From a virus: a stretch of 64,000 nucleotides of DNA. Below, one piece after another: positions 38,521 through 48,107 of the stretch. The notes beneath the pieces are model-generated. The model was not told where the DNA came from. It did no database searches and was given only the letters and a program-made list of their open reading frames with translations. The stretch is taken from IMG/VR virus record IMGVR_UViG_3300030061_003600; one strand, 5' to 3'. Position 1 is the stretch's first letter; each line of letters starts with the position of its first letter. Position numbers and translations under genes: made by a program.

Positions 38521-39330
38521 ATGAGATATGAATATCACAACTTTTCAGAGAATTTTAAAGCAATACAAAATACAAAAGATATGGCTATAACAAGAGAATT
38601 GATGCTATCAGAGGTTGCGAAAGTGATAGATGGTAGACCTGCATTAGTAAGAAAGGCACTTATAAAGTGTGGAGTAAGATTATCAGCAAGACCGGGTAAA
38701 AGAGAATTAGTAAGTGCAGTAGCAGTAAATTTAGTAAGTAAGTGTGTGAGAGTGGCGATAATGAAATTAGTTTTAGCCAATCAACTTCCTTTTATTGATG
38801 GTGCAGACAGAGCATATGGAGATTTAGGAGAAAAAGTAGGAGATTTTGACACAGATTTAAGTAGAGATGAATTTATGAACCACCCGGGTTTCATTAGCGG
38901 ATTATTTGGTGGTGGTGGTGGAGGTTCTTCTACAACTACAACTACTCCTACAAATACTACATCTAATGTAACAAACAGTAGTAGTAAGGGTATTTCAGGA
39001 GGAGAAGCATTAGGAGCCGGAGTTCAAGTTTTATCTACTATTGCAGGAATTTGGCAAGGTAATAAAGGATATAAAGAAATGGGTAAGCAAAGAGCACACG
39101 AAATGGAACTTGCTCAAATGAATAGAGATTTAATGTTAGAGCAAATGAATTTGTCGGCTAATCAACCGGTTTCAGGTCCTACACAGGCAGGAATGGGCGG
39201 AGGAGCAAATATGACAACTTTTGTGTTGTTAGGTATTGGTGTAGTAGCCATTATAGGATTTGGTATATATAGTGCAATGAAAGGTAGAGGAAGAGTAAAA
39301 TCTTCTGCACCGGTAACTGCTGCTAATTAG
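38521..39330 (+). CDS. putative virion membrane protein with NHPGF motif
   Basis: FMNHPGFISGLFGGG, S/T-rich linker, amphipathic helix, C-terminal TM. Confidence 0.7.
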   Translation: MRYEYHNFSENFKAIQNTKDMAITRELMLSEVAKVIDGRPALVRKALIKCGVRLSARPGKRELVSAVAVNLVSKCVRVAIMKLVLANQLPFIDGADRAYGDLGEKVGDFDTDLSRDEFMNHPGFISGLFGGGGGGSSTTTTTPTNTTSNVTNSSSKGISGGEALGAGVQVLSTIAGIWQGNKGYKEMGKQRAHEMELAQMNRDLMLEQMNLSANQPVSGPTQAGMGGGANMTTFVLLGIGVVAIIGFGIYSAMKGRGRVKSSAPVTAAN

Positions 39331-39341
39331 TTCTTTGACAT

Positions 39342-39635
39342 ATGTTTGATGAAGTAGATGAAATATCTTTTGATAGCAATAAGCAAGTTTCTAACGGAAT
39401 GTTAATGCCGGAAGGAACTCAAGACAATGTAAATAACATCGTTAATGATGGAAAAGCAGCATTGGTTAAAGAAAGTACGAAAGAAATGTTGAAAGGAGCA
39501 GTTTTAGGAAGTGTTTTAGGAGCAATCCTTTCATTATGGAGAAAAAAAAGTGTTTGGATGGGAGTTTTAGCAGGAGGTTTAGCCGGAGGTTACCTTGCTA
39601 AAGAAAGCATTATAGATTTTAAAAAAGAAGAATAA
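39342..39635 (+). CDS. small glycine-zipper membrane protein
   Basis: GAVLGSVLGAILS, GVLAGGLAGG. Confidence 0.7.
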   Translation: MFDEVDEISFDSNKQVSNGMLMPEGTQDNVNNIVNDGKAALVKESTKEMLKGAVLGSVLGAILSLWRKKSVWMGVLAGGLAGGYLAKESIIDFKKEE

Positions 39636-39772
39636 TGGCTTTAGAACCTTACGAACAAGAAGAGATGGAAATGGATGTAATACAGAATGGAATATCCGTA
39701 AAGTATTTAGCCATTGCCGGTGGAGTGTTAGTAGCATTAATAGTAGGAATAAATTGGTTAATTAGAAGATGA
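39635..39772 (+). CDS. small TM protein (45 aa, not in ORF track)
   Basis: Overlaps the upstream stop and downstream ATG; YLAIAGGVLVALIVGINWLIRR. Confidence 0.7.
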   Translation: MALEPYEQEEMEMDVIQNGISVKYLAIAGGVLVALIVGINWLIRR

Positions 39773-40599
39773 ATATATTATTTAAAACAAAGCAAAAGTC
39801 ATTAACAATAATGATAGAGGTCGTTACAGATGGTCCTCAAAAAATGCAAATTGTTGTAAAGGATATAAATAAGCCAAATACGGATTATACAAACCGATAT
39901 GCAACCATAAATGGAACACAGAGGTTTTTTGTAAGAATGCCAATGTCACCATATGAAGCATTAATTAGCGTGTATAATAAAGCAAATGGCAATTTAAAAC
40001 AAGGTCAAGACCCAACTTTTAAAGTAGTAAAAGTGGATGCAAGACCTTTAGAAAGAAAAATGGATTGTGTTGATTGGAGTAATCCAAAAATTAGGGATTT
40101 TGTGAATTTTGCACAACAATTCTCTGACAACGCAGGTATATTAAGTGCAGGAAAGTTTCCTAATGGGAGCACATATATCTCTGATGAGGGTAATTTTAGA
40201 ATAGATTACTTTGATGATATAAGAACAAAAAGAGGTTTGGTAATACAAACCCCTGCAAGAATTAGTCAGTCCAAAGGAATTATACAAGTGAGCAAAGCAC
40301 ATTATAAAAAGTTCACAGTTCCAATGAGAATGGCAATTCTATTACACGAATTTTCTCATTTTTATTTAAATGAGAATATGGAAGATGAAACAGAAGCAGA
40401 TTTGAATGGATTATTAATTTATTTGGCTCTTGGTTATCCAAGGATAGAGGCATATCAAAGTTTCCTTACAACATTTAAGGACACACCGACACCTCAAAAC
40501 AAAGAAAGGTTTGACATTTTAAATCAGTTTATAACAAATTTTGAAAGAAATAAATTTTGTACTCAATATAACACACCCAATTTGAATGCAAGTAGATAA
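39769..40599 (+). CDS. HExxH zinc metalloprotease (gluzincin-type), candidate maturation protease
   Basis: AILLHEFSHFYLN followed by ETEAD; N-terminal beta domain; no TM. Confidence 0.7.
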   Translation: MNILFKTKQKSLTIMIEVVTDGPQKMQIVVKDINKPNTDYTNRYATINGTQRFFVRMPMSPYEALISVYNKANGNLKQGQDPTFKVVKVDARPLERKMDCVDWSNPKIRDFVNFAQQFSDNAGILSAGKFPNGSTYISDEGNFRIDYFDDIRTKRGLVIQTPARISQSKGIIQVSKAHYKKFTVPMRMAILLHEFSHFYLNENMEDETEADLNGLLIYLALGYPRIEAYQSFLTTFKDTPTPQNKERFDILNQFITNFERNKFCTQYNTPNLNASR

Positions 40600-40618
40600 T
40601 AATAAATAAAAAAAAGTT

Positions 40619-41326
40619 ATGGCAGGAACAATAATAGGAAGATTACCCAATGGGGGAACAATTTGCGATTGTGGTGGAGATACACCATATATTAATTGTG
40701 GAAGCGGGTGTCAATGTTGTAATGTTGCACCTAATACGGGTACAACAGATTATATAAGCAAAACAAGAGGAGTTCCTTCTGAAGGAAATTCAAATCGTGG
40801 AGCAAGAGGTCAAGAATTAGCATTTAGAAATGCTTCAGGAAAATATAGAAATGATATGAGCAGTTCTTCAGATTATAGGTCAGACAATGACCCATTTTGG
40901 ATGACATATGCTCGTAATGGACAGAGAGTTAGTTATCCTGTTCACCCACCATTATATATGGCAAGAAATAATGATTTCAGACCTGATTGGATGAAAAACA
41001 ACCAAAGAGATATGACACCAATTCACCCACCGTTATATCAATCACGAAGAGGAGCAACTCCTATTCACCCACCATTATATCAGTCAAGAAAAGGAGCAAC
41101 TCCTATTCACCCACCGTTATATCAATCAAGAAGAGGTATGACACCAATTCACCCACCATTATATCAATCACGAAGAAGCACAGGATTTAGAAGATTTTCG
41201 GGTGATGAAAATGGTACGATGATGACAATGAGTGTAGGAAAATTACTAATGGGATATTTAGCAATAGGTTTAAGTGCTTTTGTAGTTGGTTATGCAATTA
41301 AAAAAGGATGCGATACCGCAAAATAA
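40619..41326 (+). CDS. putative virion membrane protein with Cys-rich N-terminus and 14-aa repeats
   Basis: CDCGG..CGSGCQCC; FRNASG; TPIHPPLYQSR[RK]G x4; C-terminal TM. Confidence 0.7.
   Translation: MAGTIIGRLPNGGTICDCGGDTPYINCGSGCQCCNVAPNTGTTDYISKTRGVPSEGNSNRGARGQELAFRNASGKYRNDMSSSSDYRSDNDPFWMTYARNGQRVSYPVHPPLYMARNNDFRPDWMKNNQRDMTPIHPPLYQSRRGATPIHPPLYQSRKGATPIHPPLYQSRRGMTPIHPPLYQSRRSTGFRRFSGDENGTMMTMSVGKLLMGYLAIGLSAFVVGYAIKKGCDTAK
41012..41179 (+). repeat. 42-bp tandem repeat x4 encoding xTPIHPPLYQSR[RK][GS]
   Basis: Read directly; mostly synonymous variation. Confidence 0.9.
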
Positions 41327-41333
41327 AAAGATT

Positions 41334-41489
41334 ATGGAAAAAACAATAATAATAGGAACAAGCGAAGATAAAAGAAAACCAATGAAAACAATGCCTGTTA
41401 GTGCATATGTGCTATCAATGTTGTCAGTTGGAATTTTGTTTTATGTAATAGGGTATGGCTACTGTAAGGGTAGAGATGCTGCTAAATAA
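41334..41489 (+). CDS. small TM protein (51 aa)
   Basis: ATG at 41334 after the upstream stop; GYGYCKG tail like those of 40619 and 59847. Confidence 0.7.
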   Translation: MEKTIIIGTSEDKRKPMKTMPVSAYVLSMLSVGILFYVIGYGYCKGRDAAK

Positions 41490-41496
41490 TTAAAAT

Positions 41497-42204
41497 ATGA
41501 AAGAAATGACAGACAAATTTTTAAATTTTGATGGAATGCCATCAGATGTGCCAAATGATATGCCTTGGAGTGATACAAAATGGTCAAATCAAGCAGGTCA
41601 ATTAACAGAGCAGGAGGCGGTAAATGTTTCTACTATATACGGAACTGCATTAAATGCTTCCGGTCAGGAAAGTATTACATTAGACCATCATATGAATATG
41701 AGTCCTAATATGGTCTTAACAGATGATGACAATAGCAAAATGCCTGATAGTGATAATTGGAGCAATCATCCGGGATTTTTAGGTATTACTTGGAGTTCAA
41801 AGAAAGCGGAATCAGAAAGATACCAAAAAGAACTTAACAAAGTAAATAGTCAATATCCTAATACAGGAAGTTGTGCAATTCTAACTGATAGTTTAGATAG
41901 GATAGATGCTGACCTTGCAAACTTAAATGCCAATAAAGATGGCGGAGGAAGAGGTGCTAAAAGAGTAAATGCAAGAGCAAGAAAAGCAAGAAATGCTCGT
42001 AGAAAAGGTATCGCAAGTGGTGCGGCTGCGGCTTGTGCAGGAGAAGAAGCGGCTTGGCAAAGACAACAGGTAGAGTTACCACAGTTAATGTTACAAGCGG
42101 CACCTCAAGCAAGACAAGCAGGAATGAGCACAACTAATCTTATTCTTGGAGTTTTAGTTCTTGGAGGTATTGGTTTTGCTCTTTATAAAATGGGAAAAAG
42201 ATAA
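41497..42204 (+). CDS. putative virion membrane protein with several motif copies
   Basis: FLNFDG, WSNQAG, LNASG, WSNHPGF; Cys-flanked helical hairpin; C-terminal TM. Confidence 0.7.
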   Translation: MKEMTDKFLNFDGMPSDVPNDMPWSDTKWSNQAGQLTEQEAVNVSTIYGTALNASGQESITLDHHMNMSPNMVLTDDDNSKMPDSDNWSNHPGFLGITWSSKKAESERYQKELNKVNSQYPNTGSCAILTDSLDRIDADLANLNANKDGGGRGAKRVNARARKARNARRKGIASGAAAACAGEEAAWQRQQVELPQLMLQAAPQARQAGMSTTNLILGVLVLGGIGFALYKMGKR

Positions 42205-42207
42205 GAT

Positions 42208-42720
42208 ATGAGTAAAGTAATGAAATGTAATGGTCAGTATATAAAAGACCACGCTTGTTATCCTTTATGTCCATCACCTGATGGTTGGGGATGTGATACT
42301 TCTTCAATTTTTGGAGGAGGAGATGGCATAGGTGGACCAACTGATAACTATACAGTAACAACAGGTAATGCCGTATCAGGAAATACTTCAACAAGAACGA
42401 ATGTAAGCCCGATAGACCCATATCAAAGTATAACACCTGATATGTTAAATGCAAGTGGTGATTTATGGTTTGGGGTAAACGGAGAACAACAAAATAATCC
42501 TCTTTGGTTTAATCAATCAGGGGATGCGGTAATAAAAGTAGATGGCGATACTTATGCTTATGAGCCGGTTTTGACTTGGGATAGAGGTTGTGATGCTATG
42601 GATGATAGTGGAGATGGTATTATGACTAACAAAGATTGTAGTCATAGGTCAAAATTTGGGGGTGTTCCGGGATTAAGATTAGGAGCATATAGGTTTAAGA
42701 ATGGTGTAATGGACAATTAA
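42208..42720 (+). CDS. Cys-containing putative virion protein
   Basis: KCNGQYIKDHACYPLCP; MLNASG, WFNQSG. Confidence 0.65.
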   Translation: MSKVMKCNGQYIKDHACYPLCPSPDGWGCDTSSIFGGGDGIGGPTDNYTVTTGNAVSGNTSTRTNVSPIDPYQSITPDMLNASGDLWFGVNGEQQNNPLWFNQSGDAVIKVDGDTYAYEPVLTWDRGCDAMDDSGDGIMTNKDCSHRSKFGGVPGLRLGAYRFKNGVMDN

Positions 42721-42730
42721 AAAATAAAAT

Positions 42731-43648
42731 ATGTTTATAGATAGCGATTTTAATGGTAACAGTTTTGGGTCTTTTGAGGAGGATATGAACTCTAACTTTA
42801 TAGGACATAATAATATAATGCAAACTGTGTTGGCAAATACCGACATAGGAAAATCAACTGCCTCTGCTTGGTGGTCATTTGTAAATGATTATGGTATAAC
42901 GCCAAGCACTAAACAAATGAAAGATGCCGGGTGTACAGGAGGTGTAACAAATACAGGAGGTTTTATGGCGGGTTCAATTTCAAATCTTCTTGCAAATACT
43001 AAATGTCGTTGGGATAGAAGAGTATGGGAATATGGAGATGATAGTGCGGTAACTCAAGCATTTGATACCAAAGCAAAAACAAAGAACTCATACGATTATG
43101 GTATGGCGGAAATGAGTAATGCTTTAAATGATGCTCAATCTGATGTAGATGCAGACATTCCTTTTGGAAGTGATATGACTTGTGCTCAATATGACCAAGC
43201 AATTAATTCTTTAAATGGTGCGATGTCAGATTGGAATGCAGCAAGTGTAACTCATAAATACGATAGAGATTTAAGAGCAGCATATTTAGCAGCAATTGCT
43301 AATAACATTTCAGAGATTTCTAATTATATGGATGTTAGAGATTGTAATGGAGCAACATCTGCTATTGACACTTCACAACAGGCGGCACAGGATGCTTTGG
43401 ATGCACAACAAGCAGCAGAAACGGCAGCAGCACAATCAGAGGCAGAAAGTGCAGCAGCAGCACAAGAAGCACACGAAAGAATTGAAGCACAAGAGAGAGC
43501 AAATCAATTAGCGATTGCTCAATTAGAAAACGAAGCAGAAGAGAATAGATTAGCAGCCGAAGAAGAAAAAGCGGCTTTAGATAAAAGAAATAAAATGATT
43601 ATGTATGGGGCAGGGGTTGTCATCTTACTATTAATACTTAAAAAATAA
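42731..43648 (+). CDS. coiled-coil C-terminal TM protein, paralogue of 43655
   Basis: Shared MFIDS start, RDC, A/Q/E coiled coil, terminal TM. Confidence 0.7.
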   Translation: MFIDSDFNGNSFGSFEEDMNSNFIGHNNIMQTVLANTDIGKSTASAWWSFVNDYGITPSTKQMKDAGCTGGVTNTGGFMAGSISNLLANTKCRWDRRVWEYGDDSAVTQAFDTKAKTKNSYDYGMAEMSNALNDAQSDVDADIPFGSDMTCAQYDQAINSLNGAMSDWNAASVTHKYDRDLRAAYLAAIANNISEISNYMDVRDCNGATSAIDTSQQAAQDALDAQQAAETAAAQSEAESAAAAQEAHERIEAQERANQLAIAQLENEAEENRLAAEEEKAALDKRNKMIMYGAGVVILLLILKK

Positions 43649-43654
43649 AAAGAT

Positions 43655-44251
43655 ATGTTTATAGATAGCGAACAAAATTCAAGTTGGAGTAATATGACTC
43701 AAAATGATGATGGTTATATGAACCATCCCGGTTTCCTTGGAGGAACTTGGTGGAAAGATACTTTTAATCCTAAAAAAGCAGAGGAAGAAAGGTATCAAGA
43801 TGAAAAAGCCAAGCAAAAATCAAATTGTGATTATGCAGCAGGAGATAGTTGCGAGGACTTATATGATTGTAAAGAATACTTTCAAGGTCTTTACAATGCT
43901 AATACAGGAAACACAAGAGTTCCTAAAAGAATAAGAAAAGCATCTTCTCATCATATGGGAAAAGTAAATGAGTATTTAGCAGCAAGAGATTGTGATGTTC
44001 AAACAAGTGTTTCTTCATCAGTAGATACTTCATATCAAGCAGTTGATGACAAAAACGAAGAGTTAGCGGCTATTAGAGAACAACTTACTCAAATTAGTCA
44101 AGATTCTGCTACTGCTCAAGAGAGCACTTTTAAACAAGCACAAGATATGATTAATGCAGAAGCGGCTAAATCAGAACAAGAAAAAAAGAATTTAATGATA
44201 GGAGGAGGGGCAGTAGTTGCCATTCTATTATTAGTAGTATTAATGAAGTAA
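43655..44251 (+). CDS. coiled-coil C-terminal TM protein with NHPGF motif
   Basis: YMNHPGFLGGTWW; RDC; terminal TM. Confidence 0.7.
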   Translation: MFIDSEQNSSWSNMTQNDDGYMNHPGFLGGTWWKDTFNPKKAEEERYQDEKAKQKSNCDYAAGDSCEDLYDCKEYFQGLYNANTGNTRVPKRIRKASSHHMGKVNEYLAARDCDVQTSVSSSVDTSYQAVDDKNEELAAIREQLTQISQDSATAQESTFKQAQDMINAEAAKSEQEKKNLMIGGGAVVAILLLVVLMK

Positions 44252-44281
44252 ATAATAATAATTAACAAAAAATAATAAATT

Positions 44282-44863
44282 ATGGCATTTTTAGGAAACA
44301 TTTTTAATTCCGGCAACTTTGGAAATAATCAAGGGTCAGGAGCAGCAACATCAGGTGCAGGAGGTGTATTAGGAGGTATCGCAGGAGCAGGTACAGGTAT
44401 TATACCGGGAACAGTAGCAACATCAATCCCAAGACCGGGTAGACCGATAAAACCGGGTGGTTTTATTGGGGGACAATGGTGGAATAGACCGGGTAGACCG
44501 GGTAGACCGGTTAGACCGGGTAGACCGGGTAGACCTATTTTTGATACACCATCAAGATACACGGTTCCTTACCATACACATACTATGGAGCACAATGGAT
44601 GGACAAAAGAAACAGGAGGTCCAACTAATATGAGAATGACTAAACCAAGACCACCATTTTTCGGAGGAGGATTTATAGGCAGACCAAGACCTATTCCACA
44701 GGTTCCTATTCAACCAAGACCGGTAACCACTATTAAACCGGGAATGAATATACCGGCAGTACCACAGGCACCAATGATGAGAAATGCAAGTGGATGTGGA
44801 GCAGGATATTCTAATGCAAGTGGAGATGAGTGTGGATTATGGATGTGTGCATCAGGACACTAA
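44282..44863 (+). CDS. Gly/Pro/Arg-rich low-complexity protein
   Basis: RPG repeats; MRNASG, YSNASG, MCASG at C-terminus. Confidence 0.65.
   Translation: MAFLGNIFNSGNFGNNQGSGAATSGAGGVLGGIAGAGTGIIPGTVATSIPRPGRPIKPGGFIGGQWWNRPGRPGRPVRPGRPGRPIFDTPSRYTVPYHTHTMEHNGWTKETGGPTNMRMTKPRPPFFGGGFIGRPRPIPQVPIQPRPVTTIKPGMNIPAVPQAPMMRNASGCGAGYSNASGDECGLWMCASGH
44486..44530 (+). repeat. 9-bp tandem repeat AGACCGGGT x5 (one variant)
   Basis: Read directly. Confidence 0.9.
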
Positions 44864-44904
44864 TAATAAAAATAAGTAATAATAAATTTTAAAAAAAAAT
44901 AAAA

Positions 44905-45261
44905 ATGACTGCAAATCAAGTTTACAAATTATCAGGTTCAGATACACCATTCAGCGAGTGGGTAGGAGAACAAAAAATTAAATACGGAGAAAAATTCGTA
45001 GAAAATGAAGAGTTTATCAATATGAATGGAGAGGGCTTTGTACAAGAAACTCCACCAACTGCTGCTGATGTAGTAATGCAAAATTCTGATGAGAATATAC
45101 AATTCCCAAGAGGTGCTGCAATAGGTGGTAGCGTAACTTTAGGAGGTTCAGAATTAGAAGGAAATGTTAGTGTTTCTAACTTCCCAACTAAAAAAGTTCT
45201 TTTTGCGGCAGGAGTAATAGTAGTAGGGCTTTGGGCATATAATAAATATATAAAGAAGTAG
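44905..45261 (+). CDS. C-terminal TM protein
   Basis: FINMNG; VLFAAGVIVVGLWAY. Confidence 0.7.
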   Translation: MTANQVYKLSGSDTPFSEWVGEQKIKYGEKFVENEEFINMNGEGFVQETPPTAADVVMQNSDENIQFPRGAAIGGSVTLGGSELEGNVSVSNFPTKKVLFAAGVIVVGLWAYNKYIKK

Positions 45262-45265
45262 AGTT

Positions 45266-45715
45266 ATGGCGAATACTAATAATATACTTATTGGTGTTGG
45301 TGCGGTTGCGGCTTTAGGTGTCGGTGTATGGCTTTTAACTAAAAAGTCAAATACAACTACAACTACTACAACGGGTGGAGGTCAAAATGACCCTTCTACA
45401 AATACAGTAGATAGTTTAGGAACGACTCTTGGAAATTTATTTTCCGAAATTTTTGCTAATAAGACAAAAAACGATAACAATACGACCTGTAATGCTCCGG
45501 CAGACCCTTATTCTTATGATGGTATAGATAAAGATGACTATTCATCAAGTGAGATTGAGAAAATGCAAGAGAAATTATCTAATATGAGTCCTGAAATAAA
45601 AGCCATTATAGATGGTTCAGGAGGAGTAGATGGATATATAGGTCCGGGTTTTAAAAATGCTTATAATATGGCAAGAAAAGCGTGTTTAATAAATGGAGTT
45701 TCTAATCTGACATAA
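45266..45715 (+). CDS. N-terminal TM protein with degenerate peptidoglycan-binding-like domain
   Basis: EIEKMQEKL...VDGYIGPGFKNA. Confidence 0.55.
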   Translation: MANTNNILIGVGAVAALGVGVWLLTKKSNTTTTTTTGGGQNDPSTNTVDSLGTTLGNLFSEIFANKTKNDNNTTCNAPADPYSYDGIDKDDYSSSEIEKMQEKLSNMSPEIKAIIDGSGGVDGYIGPGFKNAYNMARKACLINGVSNLT

Positions 45716-45724
45716 AAATAAAGT

Positions 45725-46297
45725 ATGGGATTTATAAATAATCATTCAGATAATTTTCTAAAAAGTAATTCGGCTTGGGGAGATGATAATGTGACTTACT
45801 ATAATATACCTCAAGGTAGAGAGAAGTCGCAGGGATTTGACCCAAGAGATATGAATTATGAAGATATAGAGGATATGATTTCTCAAGTATCTTCTGTTGT
45901 TCCAAGTAATCAGCAAGATGCTGAAGTTTTACAAAGAAAGTTAAATTATCTTGAAGAGGAAAAGTCAAAGAGAGATGAATTGGAAGAGGTAACTCGTATT
46001 GAGAGAGATGATGCTTTTGAGCCGCATAATACTTTAGTAAAAGAGGATGTGGTAGATAAAAAACCACCAATAAAAGTAACTGAAAGACCATCACCAAAGC
46101 CAATTGAACCAAAACCGGTAAAGCCAATAGTAACCGGTCTTGAGGATATGTTAGAAGAGTCGGATATGGAGTTAGAAGAAATCTTAAATGATGATATTAC
46201 AATTCCTGAAGTTAATACAACTACCGGAGATGATGATACTACTAATTTTTTAATAGCGGCATTAATAATAATTGTTGCAATAAAAATAATGGATTAA
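45725..46297 (+). CDS. acidic C-terminal TM protein
   Basis: PKPIEPKPVKP linker; terminal TM. Confidence 0.65.
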   Translation: MGFINNHSDNFLKSNSAWGDDNVTYYNIPQGREKSQGFDPRDMNYEDIEDMISQVSSVVPSNQQDAEVLQRKLNYLEEEKSKRDELEEVTRIERDDAFEPHNTLVKEDVVDKKPPIKVTERPSPKPIEPKPVKPIVTGLEDMLEESDMELEEILNDDITIPEVNTTTGDDDTTNFLIAALIIIVAIKIMD

Positions 46298-46298
46298 A

Positions 46299-46811
46299 AT
46301 GGAAAAGAATACTAAAATAATCTTAATCGTAGGTGTGGCAGCAGCCGTAGGAGCATACTTTATGTTTGCTAATAAACCTGAAGAAAAAATTGGTGATACC
46401 GATGATGATTCGGGAGATATACCTGATGTTAATACTGACCCATTAGATAATCCTGCGGTAGGACCTTATCAAGGAGATAAGCCAAGAAGTCAAGGAAATT
46501 CAAATACTATTACAACAACTGTTGAACCTTATGGGGATTTTGCTATGTGTGTTCCGGCAATGGAATCAGAAGGAGGTGGTAAAGGTAAATACATTAGTGT
46601 TGATGACCCTTATACACCAAAAGCAGTTGAGTCAGAAAGAAGGCAATTAATTACTGATAATTTAAGCGTAGGTGATACTATTGATTTAGATGGCAGGGCT
46701 TGTACAATTAAGAAGTTTTGGGCAGATAGTGCCGGAAGAAATGCAGCAATTCAATGTGAAAATCACGAGAATATAACATATGATAACAACTCTCAAATTT
46801 GTTGGTCATAA
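46299..46811 (+). CDS. N-terminal TM protein, paralogue of 46825
   Basis: C-terminal LSVGD..CTIKKFWADSAGR..AIQCE domain. Confidence 0.7.
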   Translation: MEKNTKIILIVGVAAAVGAYFMFANKPEEKIGDTDDDSGDIPDVNTDPLDNPAVGPYQGDKPRSQGNSNTITTTVEPYGDFAMCVPAMESEGGGKGKYISVDDPYTPKAVESERRQLITDNLSVGDTIDLDGRACTIKKFWADSAGRNAAIQCENHENITYDNNSQICWS

Positions 46812-46824
46812 AAATTAAAAAAAA

Positions 46825-47190
46825 ATGGATAAAAAGAAAAAAATAATGATAGGTGTAGGAGTAATAGCAGCAATAGGTGCATACTTCTTATTTTTCCGTA
46901 AAGGAAGTAATGGTGATGTAGCCAAAAGCGGAGCATCAGCCGGATTATCAATTGGTGTAAATCAAGCCAAAGGTAAAGGAGATGGAAAATGGCTTGGTAT
47001 TAGAAAAATGTCAGATAGAGATATTGCAAGTTCTTCACTATCATTAGGAACGGTTGCTTCATATAATGGTTCTCCTTGTACGGTAAGCAAATTTTGGAAA
47101 GATGATAACGGAAGAACGGGTGCAGTTCAATGTGAAGAAATATCAGCAGGAAATTATAATGTGCCTGAAGGAAGCAGTTTATCTTGGTAA
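46825..47190 (+). CDS. N-terminal TM protein, paralogue of 46299
   Basis: LSLGT..CTVSKFWKDDNGR..AVQCE domain. Confidence 0.7.
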   Translation: MDKKKKIMIGVGVIAAIGAYFLFFRKGSNGDVAKSGASAGLSIGVNQAKGKGDGKWLGIRKMSDRDIASSSLSLGTVASYNGSPCTVSKFWKDDNGRTGAVQCEEISAGNYNVPEGSSLSW

Positions 47191-47200
47191 TATATAGGAT

Positions 47201-47650
47201 ATGAGTAGTAAATCTTGTCTAATAATACCTACAAATTCAAGCAGTTATGCTACTTGGATAGAATGGCATAAGTCATTAAAAAAGTGCGTTGGTAAATCTA
47301 ATGCTAATCAACTTTGGATGATGAATTATGATAAAGAAGTTCCGGGGGATAGTGTAGAGGTGCGAGAATATATGCGTACACAAGGGGTTGATTTAGACAG
47401 AAATGTTGCCGAGAGATTAACAGATTTTGGTTCAGGAGTATATAATTGGTTTGGAGGAGCAATAGATTTTACATCCGGAATTTCAATGGTTATTGTATTA
47501 ATAATAGTTGGAGGGGCGGGATTAATGATATATAACATTGTGAAAACACCGGAAGGTTCAACAAGATTAGCAGCCGCAATAGGAACAAGAGGAATGTCAG
47601 AAGGAGTTGGAGCAATAGGAGGAGGTTCACAAAAACAAATAGCAGGATAA
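47201..47650 (+). CDS. membrane protein
   Basis: Trp-rich helical N-terminus; TM ISMVIVLIIVGGAGLMIY. Confidence 0.7.
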   Translation: MSSKSCLIIPTNSSSYATWIEWHKSLKKCVGKSNANQLWMMNYDKEVPGDSVEVREYMRTQGVDLDRNVAERLTDFGSGVYNWFGGAIDFTSGISMVIVLIIVGGAGLMIYNIVKTPEGSTRLAAAIGTRGMSEGVGAIGGGSQKQIAG

Positions 47651-48105
47651 TGAATAGAAAGACACAAATAACATTAGGAGCATCCATCGTAGCATTGGGG
47701 GGAGGTTACCTTATAGTAAATTCTATTCGCAGAAAATCATTGTTTAATAAGATAGCAGAAGCGATAGGCGGAGCAGCAACTAATTTAGGAAATTATGATG
47801 CGTGGTTTAGCCCTTCTTATTATCAAGATTTTACAAATGGAAACTATATTCTATTAACAGATGGAACGACTTTGCAAAAAGCAAGAAAGATAGGAGATGC
47901 TTTTGGGGTTATATGGAATGATACAGATGATATAATGGGGGTTATGAGAAGCATACCTGATGGGGTAGCATTAAGTCAAGTGTCGGCAAAGTTTCAAGAA
48001 AAAGGATATGGTGATTTAAGAACAAAAATAGGGGAAATGGGTAAAGCAGAATCTAATCAAGTTGGTCAGATTTTATCTCAAATTCCTGCATATAGACAAG
48101 TATAA
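47650..48105 (+). CDS. N-terminal TM protein with one annexin-like repeat
   Basis: KARKIGDAFGVIWNDTDDIMGVMRSI..LSQVSAKF...GDLRTKI follows the annexin repeat pattern. Confidence 0.5.
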   Translation: MNRKTQITLGASIVALGGGYLIVNSIRRKSLFNKIAEAIGGAATNLGNYDAWFSPSYYQDFTNGNYILLTDGTTLQKARKIGDAFGVIWNDTDDIMGVMRSIPDGVALSQVSAKFQEKGYGDLRTKIGEMGKAESNQVGQILSQIPAYRQV

Positions 48106-48107
48106 TT

